From contig CAVUVW010000014.1 in the NCBI GenBank assembly GCA_963745035.1, forward strand, positions 704,001-768,000: a stretch of 64,000 nt of DNA, written 5' to 3'. Each line of letters starts with the position of its first letter. Position 1 is the stretch's first letter. Source of the stretch: an uncultured delta proteobacterium (GTDB lineage Bacteria; Desulfobacterota; Binatia; UBA9968). Position numbers and translations under genes: made by a program. Under the pieces are notes generated by a model, which was given only the letters and a program-made list of their open reading frames with translations, did not search any database and was not told the DNA's origin. Shown here one piece after another: positions 40,238 to 49,469 of this stretch.

Positions 40238-41113
40238 GTGAAAAGATTTTCTATTTGCCCGCGCAGCCAAATGCCCCATCCGGCCCACCACCTCTTGCGC
40301 GCGCTTTGGCTGCTCGGATCGGTAGTTATGGCCTACGGCTGCGGCATTGAAAATCGGCTGATTTTTCACCCCAGCGCGTTGATCGAGAGCACGCCGAAGC
40401 ACGCCGGTCTGGAATTCGAAGATATTTTTTTCAACGCCCGCGATGGTGTGCGCTTGAACGGCTGGTTCATTCCCCATCGCGAGGCGCGCTCCACGCTGGT
40501 TTGGTTTCATGGCAACGCCGGCAATATTGGCCATCGGGTCGACAACATCAAATTGCTCCACGACCGGGTCAAAGCGAATATCTTTATCTTTGATTATCGC
40601 GGCTACGGCCGCAGTGAAGGTGCGCCGACCGAAGAAGGCACCTATTTGGATGGGGAAGCCGCGCTCGCGCTGATGCGCGAAAAACTCGGCAAGGACGGCG
40701 CCGAGAGCATCGTTTTGTTCGGTCGTTCGTTGGGAGCCGCGGTCGCCGTGGAAATGGCGACTCGTTTTAAATCTCAGGGCTTGATCCTCGAAAGCCCTTT
40801 TCTCTCGATCGCCGAGCTGGCGCGCCTCTTCTTTCCGTTGCTGCCGATCGGCCCCTTCCTGCAAACCCGCTACGATGTTCAGGCGACGATCAAAAAAATC
40901 AAGGTCCCTGTGCTCGTGCTCCACGGCGACCGCGACGCGGTCATCCCATTCGAGCACGGCAAGCTGGTCTTCGCGGCGGCGCCGGACCCGAAAAAATTTT
41001 TTACCATCGCCGACGCCGATCACAACGACGCATACGTGGTCGGCGGGGAGGCTTATTACAAGCAGCTGAAAGACTTTATCGAGTCGACCGGGCGCGCAGC
41101 AAAGGCGAGTTAA
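40238..41113 (+). CDS. Alpha/beta hydrolase
   Basis: Motifs FHGNAGN, DYRGYG, GRSLG, HGDRD and HND. Confidence 0.9.
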   Translation: MKRFSICPRSQMPHPAHHLLRALWLLGSVVMAYGCGIENRLIFHPSALIESTPKHAGLEFEDIFFNARDGVRLNGWFIPHREARSTLVWFHGNAGNIGHRVDNIKLLHDRVKANIFIFDYRGYGRSEGAPTEEGTYLDGEAALALMREKLGKDGAESIVLFGRSLGAAVAVEMATRFKSQGLILESPFLSIAELARLFFPLLPIGPFLQTRYDVQATIKKIKVPVLVLHGDRDAVIPFEHGKLVFAAAPDPKKFFTIADADHNDAYVVGGEAYYKQLKDFIESTGRAAKAS

Positions 41114-42837
41114 TCGAGCGCGCCCATCGGCGCGCCGCCTGCGCCCGCATAGGCATGGCGCACGTACTGCGAAATCATGCGCTGGGTATTGAAAAAAGAG
41201 CCGTTGAGGGCAATCGCCGAGCGCATGACCTGGGTGAATTGATCTGCTTCCTTGTAGTAGAGCGGCAAAATGATCTTCTCGAGTTTTTCATAAAGCGAGG
41301 CCGCCTCGGCGCGCGAATCGTTCTCGGTCTCCTCGACATCGCCGATCGACCACCCCGTCACCCCTTCGACGTGGCCTTCGATCCACCAACCGTCGAGAAC
41401 GCTCAGGCTCGGCACTCCGTTGAGCGCGGCCTTCATGCCGCTGGTCCCGGAAGCCTCCTGCGGCCGTAGCGGCGTGTTGAGCCAGATATCGACCCCGGCA
41501 CAAAGCAATTTGCCCAAAGCCATGTCGTAGTTTTCCAAATAGACCACGCGCATGTCTTTGGCCAAGGCGGCCGCCGCCTCGAAGATTCGGCGGATGATTT
41601 CTTTGCCGCCTTCGTCGCGCGGATGCGCTTTGCCGGCGTAAACGAGCTGGATCGCGCCCGCCTGCCGGGCGACCTGTTTGAGCCGCTCGAGATCGGCAAA
41701 GAGCAAATCACCGCGCTTGTACCCGGTCGCCCGCCGGGCAAAGCCGATGGTAAAAACCTTTTCGTCGAGTTGGCTGCCGGTGAGCCAGCGGACCTGGCGG
41801 AGCAGCTCCTGCTTGGCGAGCTCGTGCGCCTGGCGAATTTCTGCACGCGAGATTCCAATGGCGTAACGCAGATAGCCATTGTCGCCGCGCCACCCCGGCA
41901 AATGTCGGTCGTAGAGCGCAGCCAGGGGAGCGGCCGCCCACGTGGTCGCGTGCACGCCGTTGGTGATAGCGCAAATGCCATGATCGGGAAACATGGCGCG
42001 CGACACCTCCGCATGACGCATCGATACCGCGTTGACGAACCCCGAAAAGCGCAGCGCCAGCTCGGTCATGTTGAGCGCGCCGTTGAGGAGCTGCAACTGC
42101 GCCAGCACGCCGGCGCGCCTCTCGCCCAGAACTTGATATACCAAATCCGCTGGAAAGCGGTCGTGTCCCGCGGGTACAGGGGTATGGGTGGTGAACGCGC
42201 AACGTTGGCGCACCTTCTGGAGCTCGGTCTCCGACAATCGCCTTTCCGATCGTTCACCGCCAATTTCTTCCAGCAGGGCGAGGGTCGCCAACGCGGAGTG
42301 GCCCTCGTTCATATGAAAAACCTGAATATCGACGTAGCCGAGCGCGCGCAGCATCATCACTCCGCCGATCCCAAGAATGGTTTCTTGGCAAAGCCGGTAA
42401 CGCTGGTCGCCGCCGTATAGAAAATCGGTCAGGCCGCGATCCGACGGGCTATTTTCTTCCAGATCGGTGTCTAAGAAAATCAGCGGTACGGCATGGCCGG
42501 TGATGCCCGAAAAGACGCATTGCCACGCGCCCACGCGCACTTCGCGACCTTCGATGGAAACGGAAATCTTCGGCGCCAGGCGTTGGAGCTGGTCTTCCGG
42601 CGACCAGTCGGCCGGGCTTTCCAACTGGTTGCCGTGCGAGTCCAGCCGCTGCTCAAAATAACCCTTGCGGTGAATCAATGAGACCGCGACCATCGGAAGC
42701 TCTAAATCAGCCGCGGACCGCAGCATATCTCCGGCTAAAATACCCAGACCGCCGCTGTAGGTCGGGATTTGCGAATCCACGGCGACGTCCATGGAAAAAT
42801 AGGCGACTGACCCCATCCGGGGAAATGCGGTGCTCAT
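41110..42837 (-). CDS. glgP: Alpha-glucan phosphorylase
   Basis: Motifs YSGGLGILAGD, HMNEGH, FTTHTPVPAGHD, AGKAHP and EASGTSGMKA. Confidence 0.95.
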   Translation of the reverse strand: MSTAFPRMGSVAYFSMDVAVDSQIPTYSGGLGILAGDMLRSAADLELPMVAVSLIHRKGYFEQRLDSHGNQLESPADWSPEDQLQRLAPKISVSIEGREVRVGAWQCVFSGITGHAVPLIFLDTDLEENSPSDRGLTDFLYGGDQRYRLCQETILGIGGVMMLRALGYVDIQVFHMNEGHSALATLALLEEIGGERSERRLSETELQKVRQRCAFTTHTPVPAGHDRFPADLVYQVLGERRAGVLAQLQLLNGALNMTELALRFSGFVNAVSMRHAEVSRAMFPDHGICAITNGVHATTWAAAPLAALYDRHLPGWRGDNGYLRYAIGISRAEIRQAHELAKQELLRQVRWLTGSQLDEKVFTIGFARRATGYKRGDLLFADLERLKQVARQAGAIQLVYAGKAHPRDEGGKEIIRRIFEAAAALAKDMRVVYLENYDMALGKLLCAGVDIWLNTPLRPQEASGTSGMKAALNGVPSLSVLDGWWIEGHVEGVTGWSIGDVEETENDSRAEAASLYEKLEKIILPLYYKEADQFTQVMRSAIALNGSFFNTQRMISQYVRHAYAGAGGAPMGALD

Positions 42838-43102
42838 AAGCTATTCGACGATCTGAGGATTGAATTGATACGTGGGGGGTTTGTGCGCGAACCTGCCGGT
42901 TAGCATTTCTACATTCGGGTTAAGGGAAATTTATATCATAACGCGGTTCACCGGGCAATTAACGACCGCTGCGAAAACCTGCAACAGGCAAGGAAAATGC
43001 CAGCAAAGAACTTCAAGAATTGAGGGATATGAGCAGGAAAATCTGGCCACTTGGCTGCTAGACTTTCCGGCACCTACGCCTGATGCAGCAACGTCCATCC
43101 GG

Positions 43103-43834
43103 TCAATGGGCAAACCAGGGGAAAGCGAAGGCGTTGCAGAGATCGTCCCAGCTCCGATGAACATTTAAGTTGCGCAGCACCGCCAATGTCGGCGGCATCA
43201 TACGAAAGTTGCCGGCTTCGGCTCGCTCAAGGGCCTTAGCCGGAGTAATCCAAAGGCTTTCGGATACTTCTTCGGAGGCATCAAGTGGAATTTGATTGTC
43301 CGGCAAGGCTGCGAGGAAAAACCGCGTATCGAACCGGACCGCGTAGTGTTCCGGGGTGACTCGATGGAAAAAGTAACTCAGCCGCGCCAAGTCGCAACAG
43401 AGCCTCTCAGAGCAGAGCAGTTCCGGCAGCTCGATGTCGCCGCACTGCAGCGCTGGCCGCTTGGCCGCTAAGCGGCGGGATGTTTCCTCAGACAGCGAAT
43501 CCGTCGCCGTCGCGCCGGCTGGAAGGAAAAAATGGATGCCCGCCTCCTCAAAAAGCTCTCGCGCGGCCGCAACCCAGTAGGCCAGGCAAGTCTCGGGTTG
43601 CCAATCGACGCCGAGCTTTTGCTGCGCTTCGATCGCGGTCACCCCGCGAGTAAGCGCGAGCATGGCCGCGGAAGAGTCGCTGTTCTCCAATCTGCCGCCA
43701 GGAAACACATAGACCCCGGCGTAAGTGTCCATCCGATCCGGCCTGCGATTGAGGTAAAGCTCGAAGCCCCCACCGCCGTCGGGTCGGACCAACACTACGG
43801 TCGCGGCGGGCAGAGGAGTTGCGGCTTGCGCCAT
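43103..43834 (-). CDS. NUDIX hydrolase (Nudt19-like)
   Basis: Motifs AATVVL, YVFPGG, AARELFEEAGI, RFDTRFF and MPPT. Confidence 0.88.
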   Translation of the reverse strand: MAQAATPLPAATVVLVRPDGGGGFELYLNRRPDRMDTYAGVYVFPGGRLENSDSSAAMLALTRGVTAIEAQQKLGVDWQPETCLAYWVAAARELFEEAGIHFFLPAGATATDSLSEETSRRLAAKRPALQCGDIELPELLCSERLCCDLARLSYFFHRVTPEHYAVRFDTRFFLAALPDNQIPLDASEEVSESLWITPAKALERAEAGNFRMMPPTLAVLRNLNVHRSWDDLCNAFAFPWFAH

Positions 43835-43905
43835 ATCTACGATCTCGGTGAGTTACAAGTTGCCGGCCGGGTCCGCCGAAATCTCGACGATTGCGGCACA
43901 ACCGC

Positions 43906-44676
43906 TCACAAGCGCGGCGACGGTTTGCCGATATGAATATGCGCCCCCGTCGAGGCTCCGGGAACGGCGTTTCTAAACGCGATGAACGGAATCCCCGCTT
44001 GGCGCAGATGGTTTAGCAGAGAATGCCCTTCCTTGCTGTCCGGGTGGAGCGCCACGTCCATCGCGTCGCGGTGGTCAAAGCGCAAGCGGTCATGCGTCGC
44101 CGTTTGACCCAGTGCACTGATCGGCAAGACGCGGCCGAAAGTCTCCATAAAAAACTTTTCGATTTTCGAAACGTCGCCGAGCTCCCACGACGCTGCGCCG
44201 TTAAACCGCAGCAACATCCGGCTTTCGCTATATCCTCCCGGCGCGAGCTTGGGCAGTCGCAGCAGCTCGCCGAGCATCGCTACTTCGATGATCGCCATGT
44301 CGGTTTCCGCCAGCCAGCGCTTGTCTTCGTCGACCTTGAGCGTGGCTTGCGCCAAGGCATGCTCGGCCTGTACCACATCGTTGCGCGCGATCAAACCCTG
44401 ATCGTAGAGCTCGCGCCGCCGGTGATATTCTTTGGCACGTCGGTCTCGCTCGTTTTCATGTAGCGCCAGCAGTTTTTCCGCTCCGGCGCGAGTCTCCCTC
44501 ATTTTCTCGATCACGTCTGTGCGGAAGCGAGCAAGCTCGGCATCCGTCAAGCTTGTCCGCGGGCTCACCCCGGATCGCGATTGCGCTTGCTTGTCTTGCT
44601 GCTGCGCGCTCGCGCTCGCGCAAGTCAGCACCAGTGCCAAAGCCTTTCCCAAACCTGTCAATGTTAAAAGGCGCAT
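43906..44676 (-). CDS. Secreted coiled-coil protein with putative LAS-type Zn-peptidase domain (paralogue 1)
   Basis: Signal peptide ending ASA|QQQ, a helical hairpin, then DHRDAMDV and STGAHIHIG. Confidence 0.7.
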   Translation of the reverse strand: MRLLTLTGLGKALALVLTCASASAQQQDKQAQSRSGVSPRTSLTDAELARFRTDVIEKMRETRAGAEKLLALHENERDRRAKEYHRRRELYDQGLIARNDVVQAEHALAQATLKVDEDKRWLAETDMAIIEVAMLGELLRLPKLAPGGYSESRMLLRFNGAASWELGDVSKIEKFFMETFGRVLPISALGQTATHDRLRFDHRDAMDVALHPDSKEGHSLLNHLRQAGIPFIAFRNAVPGASTGAHIHIGKPSPRL

Positions 44677-44771
44677 CCCGTGTTTCGGCGTGCCGGTCGT
44701 GCCGCTGCACGAGTGTAAAAAGTATGCTATCTCCGGTCAAGACGACTGCTGGGGGCGGTGATCTGGAAGGG

Positions 44772-44808
44772 TGGGAAAGATACGGGGCGCCGGCTGCGGT
44801 GCCCCGTA
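44772..44808 (-). terminator. Probable terminator after flp
   Basis: Minus strand reads TACGGGGCACC-loop-GGCGCCCCGTA-TCTTT. Confidence 0.5.
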
Positions 44809-44839
44809 GTTTGAATCTCATCGTGTGAGAACGTGACGA

Positions 44840-45028
44840 CTAGGCGGAGCAAGTAAAAGGCGACATCACGCAGTTGGAGACTTTCGCCAGGCTTGCTGCC
44901 AGGCTGTCGCCGATGTTGGTGTCTCGAACCCCCATCCAGAAAACCAACGCGACAAGCAGGACAACAAAGGTATACTCAACAAGGCCTTGTCCATCCTCTT
45001 CATGCCACAACCGTTTGAGCAGGTTCAT
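44840..45028 (-). CDS. flp: Flp/Fap family type IVb pilin
   Basis: LKRLWHEEDG|QGLVEY followed by a hydrophobic helix; SD GAGGAGG. Confidence 0.9.
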   Translation of the reverse strand: MNLLKRLWHEEDGQGLVEYTFVVLLVALVFWMGVRDTNIGDSLAASLAKVSNCVMSPFTCSA

Positions 45029-45095
45029 TCTCTATTCCTCCTAATCTTGAGAGTTGTTAAAAAACATCGTTCACTCAAATCTGACTGGTCGTCAG

Positions 45096-45111
45096 AGCAA
45101 CCGCGATGCCA
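45096..45111 (-). promoter_or_regulatory. Sigma54 (-24/-12) promoter of flp
   Basis: TGGCAT-CGCGG-TTGCT against the consensus TGGCAC-N5-TTGCW, about 70 nt upstream of the ATG. Confidence 0.7.
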
Positions 45112-45353
45112 TGGAGCACGGCGTGAATGGCATCCCCTGACTGGAAAAAGTCCGAGGAGGTGCCTGGCGGATAGTCAAAACAACCTGGATCGAAAACGGA
45201 CAAGAGGGAAGGGCAAAACCGCCCGCGCGCAGATTTGTGCTTCAGGGAGAGATCGGCCGGTTCAATGTCGTCGGCAGATTGCGTTATTGCTCAGCGGCAA
45301 ACACTGCCGGCGTATCCTATTACAGACAATGATAAACGCGGGGTTTTGGTTTC

Positions 45354-46121
45354 CTAGTGCCTGACCCGGGTGGAAGGCTTCCCGATGTGGATATGCGGAC
45401 CGGTAGAAACACCGGGACTGGCGCCGCGAAACGCAATGAAAGGAATGCCGCTTTTGCGCAGATGCTCGATCAGCGCTTTGCCTTCGACACTGTCGGGATG
45501 AAGCGCAACGTCCATCGAATCTCGATGATCGAAACGCAAGCGATTATGGGTCGCGGACTGACCGATCGCCGTGACCGGCAGGCGCCGGCCGAACCTCTGG
45601 GAGAAATACCTCTCGATCCGCGGCGCCTCGCGCAACGACCATTTGAAGTTTCCGTTGAAACGCGCCAGATCGCTTGTCTCGCTGTAACCGTTAACCGGCA
45701 GGGCTGGCAGCCGGTTCACCTTTTCACCCAACACCGCTTCCGTGATCGCGATATCGATCTCCATTACGGAATCGCGCATCGCATGCACGCGTTTGAGCGT
45801 GGCGATGAGCGTTTGTTCAGCCTCGTGAACTTGATCTTTCGAAACCTCGCCTTCCTGATAGAGCTTGCGCCGCTGGATGACTTCAAGCCGCCAACGCGAT
45901 TGCTCCCGCTCCAGAGCGGCGAGCTGCTCGCGCTCCTTGGCAAGCGTTTCTTTCATATCTCCCATGGTATCCAAACTTCCGGAAGCGCCAGGTTTGCCGC
46001 CTGTCCGGAACGGTTCCCCAGGCCATCGCAACGTATTCAACGCAATCATCGCCATCGCCACCAGCGGAAGCAACGCGGCCCCGGCCAACAGGCGCCACGA
46101 TTTCGCCAAATCGGAAAACAT
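45354..46121 (-). CDS. Exported coiled-coil protein with putative LAS-type Zn-peptidase domain (paralogue 2)
   Basis: N-terminal hydrophobic helix, then DHRDSMDV and STGPHIHIG; the C-terminal half is closely similar to 43906-44676. Confidence 0.7.
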   Translation of the reverse strand: MFSDLAKSWRLLAGAALLPLVAMAMIALNTLRWPGEPFRTGGKPGASGSLDTMGDMKETLAKEREQLAALEREQSRWRLEVIQRRKLYQEGEVSKDQVHEAEQTLIATLKRVHAMRDSVMEIDIAITEAVLGEKVNRLPALPVNGYSETSDLARFNGNFKWSLREAPRIERYFSQRFGRRLPVTAIGQSATHNRLRFDHRDSMDVALHPDSVEGKALIEHLRKSGIPFIAFRGASPGVSTGPHIHIGKPSTRVRH

Positions 46122-46130
46122 GAGGCCCGG

Positions 46131-46159
46131 ATTGTAGAGGCTTGAGATTAGCCGGTCAA
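46131..46159 (-). promoter_or_regulatory. Sigma70-type promoter, near-leaderless
   Basis: TTGACC-17 nt-TACAAT, ending 9 nt before ATG 46121. Confidence 0.6.
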
Positions 46160-46164
46160 GGCAA

Positions 46165-46203
46165 CGTCTAGCTCGTAACCGGTGAACCGTTACGAGCTAG
46201 ACG
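46165..46203. terminator. Strong hairpin downstream of the molybdoenzyme operon
   Basis: 15-bp stem CGTCTAGCTCGTAAC / GTTACGAGCTAGACG with only a weak U tract. Confidence 0.55.
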
Positions 46204-46241
46204 CATAGGAGGAAGGCAATCGGCGGCGATCATAGCCGCGG

Positions 46242-47225
46242 CTAGACCGAAGCGAGCAAGCCGCGCTGCACCAGATCTTGGGCCATTTTCACCTTGTAAA
46301 TATTGTCTTTGAGTGGCTTGGCACCCTCGAGCGCGATTTCGCCCGCCTGTACTGCCACGGCCTCATCGAGCTTTTTGCCACGCAAGAATTCTTCCGATTT
46401 TCGCGCGCGCCACGGTATCGGCGCGACGCCGCCGAGCACCACCCGTGCATCGCGCACTACACCTCCGGAGCTTTCGACCACGGTTGCTACCGCGACGATC
46501 GCGTGATCCCACGCCAAGCGTTCGCGCACTTTGTGGTAAAAGCCCTTGCTACCGGGCTTGGGCGTCGGCACGTAAATCTCGGTGACCACCTCGCTGGGAT
46601 TCAGAATATTCTCGCGCTTGTAATCAACCGACGGCAGGACGAAAAACTTTTCCAGCGGAACCGTCTTTTCGTCCGCCGGGCCGGCGACTTTGATTTGCGC
46701 GCCCAGCGCAACCAGTGCCGGCGCGGTATCCGAAGGATGGACAATGAAACTCGGACCACCACCAAGGATAGCGTGGAAACGGCCGTCGCCGGTGACTGTA
46801 TAGCAAACCTGCCCGCCTTTGCGCAGGCAGTTGAAGTTCGAGGAGCGAAAGTACCAACAAAACGGCCGCTGGCAAATATTGCCGGCGATGGTGCCGGCAT
46901 TGCGAATCTGCGGCGATGCCGCGACCCCGGCGGCATCGGAAAGAATAAGCAGCTTTTCCCGGATCGCCGGATGTTCTTCGATGTCGGCGAGCTTGGCCAA
47001 TGCACCGATGCGAAAACCGCCGCGTTCTTCTTTGATAGAATCCAGACCGGGGATAGTTTTTAGGTTAATGAGATAGTCGGGCTCTACGACATGATCTTTC
47101 ATGAGCTGCAGATATTCGCTGCCGCCGCCGACCACCGCCGCGCTTTTCTTTTGCTGCTGAAATTTTTGCAGCAGGCCAATTGCTTCCTTGACGCTTTTCA
47201 CATCGATATTTTCGAACTTATTCAT
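46242..47225 (-). CDS. Xanthine dehydrogenase family FAD-binding subunit (PaoB-like)
   Basis: Motifs VGGGSE, ASPQIRNAGTIAGN, HPSD and LGGVAPIPWR, plus the Cys insert CWYFR..CLRKGG..C. Confidence 0.9.
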   Translation of the reverse strand: MNKFENIDVKSVKEAIGLLQKFQQQKKSAAVVGGGSEYLQLMKDHVVEPDYLINLKTIPGLDSIKEERGGFRIGALAKLADIEEHPAIREKLLILSDAAGVAASPQIRNAGTIAGNICQRPFCWYFRSSNFNCLRKGGQVCYTVTGDGRFHAILGGGPSFIVHPSDTAPALVALGAQIKVAGPADEKTVPLEKFFVLPSVDYKRENILNPSEVVTEIYVPTPKPGSKGFYHKVRERLAWDHAIVAVATVVESSGGVVRDARVVLGGVAPIPWRARKSEEFLRGKKLDEAVAVQAGEIALEGAKPLKDNIYKVKMAQDLVQRGLLASV

Positions 47226-47244
47226 GGGCGCTCCCTTCTCCGTC

Positions 47245-49458
47245 CTAGACGCGAGTCGCGCGAACGATTTTGTCCGGCGTGATCGGCAGTTCTTTGAAGC
47301 GTTTGCCGGTGGCGTTGAAAATGGCATTGGCGATCGTCGCCACCGCCGGCGTGATCGGCGGCTCGCCGACCACTTTTCCGCCGAAAGGACCGTAGGAGTC
47401 ATAATGCTCGATGAAAATAACCTCGATCTCAGGTGATTCCAGATGGGTCGGCACTTTGGCATCACGGTAATTGGGATTGACCGGGATGGCAGTCAACCGG
47501 TCGATGATCAGCTCCTCCGAGAAAGCCATGCCGATGCCCTGCACCACCCCGCCTTTGATTTGGCTTTCCGCCGGCAGGCGATTGATGATCGTGCCGGAAT
47601 CGTGCGCCGCTACGTAGCGTGTGATCGCTACATGCCCCGTCCAGGTGTCGACTTCGACTTCGGCGAAGTGCGCCGCGAAGCTCTTGCCCTCGACGTCTTT
47701 GAACGAGGGATTTGTTGTCGCCCGGCCGATCAGTTCGCCGGCCCGCGCGACCACCCGCGCCAGCGGCAGTTTTTGCCCCGGTGTAGCGCGCACAAAAACT
47801 TCGCTGTCGCGTAAATCCAACTCTTCGGGCTTCACTTTCAGTTGCGGCGCGGCGATATTGAAGATTTGCCGGCGCACATCTTCGGCGGCGGCGATCACCG
47901 CCGGCCCGGTGAACGGCGTTGTGCGGCTGCCGGATTCGCCGACAGAATAAGGTGTCACGTCGGTATCGCCGTTAGTCACCTGAATTTGGCTCAGCGGAAT
48001 CCCCAGCGCCTCCGCCGCGATGATCGCCATCGTCGATTTCGCACCGGTGCCGATATCGGTGACGCCGACGAGAACATGAGCGGTGCCGTCGGGGTTCAGG
48101 CGGATCGTCGCCGCGCCCAGACCGGGGCGAAACGGATAGCCGCCCAACGCCATGCCGATGCCGTGCTTTTTCACTCCGCCCATGGCGCCGGGCTTGTGCC
48201 ACTTCTCGCTCCAGCCGATGCGCTTGGCTCCTTCCGTGATGCACTCCTCCAGATGATTCGAGGTGAATGGCGTTTTGCTTTTGTATTTCTGAATCCGGTT
48301 GCGCATGAACATGTCGACTGGATTGATCTCCATCTCATGCGCGATGTGATCCAGGAACGAAGCGAAACCGAACACCGACTGAGGATAGGCCGGCGCGCGA
48401 TAGTTGGCGCCGACCACGGTATTGGTGTGCACGGGCTTGATGTGTTTTCTGAAGTTGGGGATCTGATAAAAGTCGGTGCCGCTCAAGTTGCCGCTCTGCT
48501 TGCGGTACGCGCCCATGTTGGTGACCGCGTCCAGCGATACCGCGGTAATCGTGCCGTCTTTCTTCACGCCGATCTTGTAGTGCTGCTCGGAGGACCAACG
48601 CCCATGCATGCCGATGTAGTCGTCTTCCCGGGTAAATTCGACTTTCACCGGCTGGGCCGCAACCTTGGCGAGCATGGCGGCCATATAGTCATAGTCCTGA
48701 GCTTGATTTTTGTTGCCGAAGCCGCCGCCCATGTATTTGCACACCACGCGTACCTTGCTCAGCGGCAAGTTAAAATCTTTAGCGATGTCGGTGCGCGCGT
48801 TCGAAACGCCTTGGGTCGAGGCGTAAACGGTCAGTTTACCCGCGTCCCATTTGGCGATGCTCACACGCCGCTCGAGTTGGGCGTTGTTCACATGCTTCGT
48901 GATATAAGTATCTTCGAAAACCCGATCCGCTTCCTTAAAACCTTGGTCCACGTCGCCCCAGATCTCCTCGATAGGCGCGCTAAAATTGCCTTTGCCCACC
49001 GAAAGATTGCCGCTCGGGTTGATCTTTGGCGCATCCGGTTTGAGCGCCTCGTTGGCGTCGAGCACATGGGGCAGCTTCTCGTACTTCACCTCGATCAGCT
49101 TGAGCGCGTCTTCGGCAATATGGCGGTCCGTCGCCGCCACCGCCGCCACCGGATCGCCGACGTAGCGCACTGGGTTATTGAAGATGAACCGCTGATGCGT
49201 GTGACCGCCGCTTGACCAGGGAATTTGTGCGTTGCCGTGATGAATGATCGCTCTCACTCCCGGCAGCTTCTCCGCCTTCGAGACATCGATGCTGACAATC
49301 TTGGCGTGCGGCACCGTGCTGCGCAAAACCCGCGCATAGAGCATGCCGGGAAGCTGGATGTCGCCGGTGTACTGCGCCTGGCCGGTCACTCGTTCGTAGC
49401 CATCGATGCGGGTGATTCTCTTGCCGACAACGGAAAACTCTTTCGATGCTTGTGCCAT
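47245..49458 (-). CDS. Xanthine dehydrogenase family Mo-binding subunit (PaoC-like)
   Basis: Motifs VTGQAQYTGD, MGGGFGNK, YRAP, DIGTG, QIKGGVVQG and KVVGEP. Confidence 0.92.
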   Translation of the reverse strand: MAQASKEFSVVGKRITRIDGYERVTGQAQYTGDIQLPGMLYARVLRSTVPHAKIVSIDVSKAEKLPGVRAIIHHGNAQIPWSSGGHTHQRFIFNNPVRYVGDPVAAVAATDRHIAEDALKLIEVKYEKLPHVLDANEALKPDAPKINPSGNLSVGKGNFSAPIEEIWGDVDQGFKEADRVFEDTYITKHVNNAQLERRVSIAKWDAGKLTVYASTQGVSNARTDIAKDFNLPLSKVRVVCKYMGGGFGNKNQAQDYDYMAAMLAKVAAQPVKVEFTREDDYIGMHGRWSSEQHYKIGVKKDGTITAVSLDAVTNMGAYRKQSGNLSGTDFYQIPNFRKHIKPVHTNTVVGANYRAPAYPQSVFGFASFLDHIAHEMEINPVDMFMRNRIQKYKSKTPFTSNHLEECITEGAKRIGWSEKWHKPGAMGGVKKHGIGMALGGYPFRPGLGAATIRLNPDGTAHVLVGVTDIGTGAKSTMAIIAAEALGIPLSQIQVTNGDTDVTPYSVGESGSRTTPFTGPAVIAAAEDVRRQIFNIAAPQLKVKPEELDLRDSEVFVRATPGQKLPLARVVARAGELIGRATTNPSFKDVEGKSFAAHFAEVEVDTWTGHVAITRYVAAHDSGTIINRLPAESQIKGGVVQGIGMAFSEELIIDRLTAIPVNPNYRDAKVPTHLESPEIEVIFIEHYDSYGPFGGKVVGEPPITPAVATIANAIFNATGKRFKELPITPDKIVRATRV

Positions 49459-49469
49459 AGAGACCTCCC

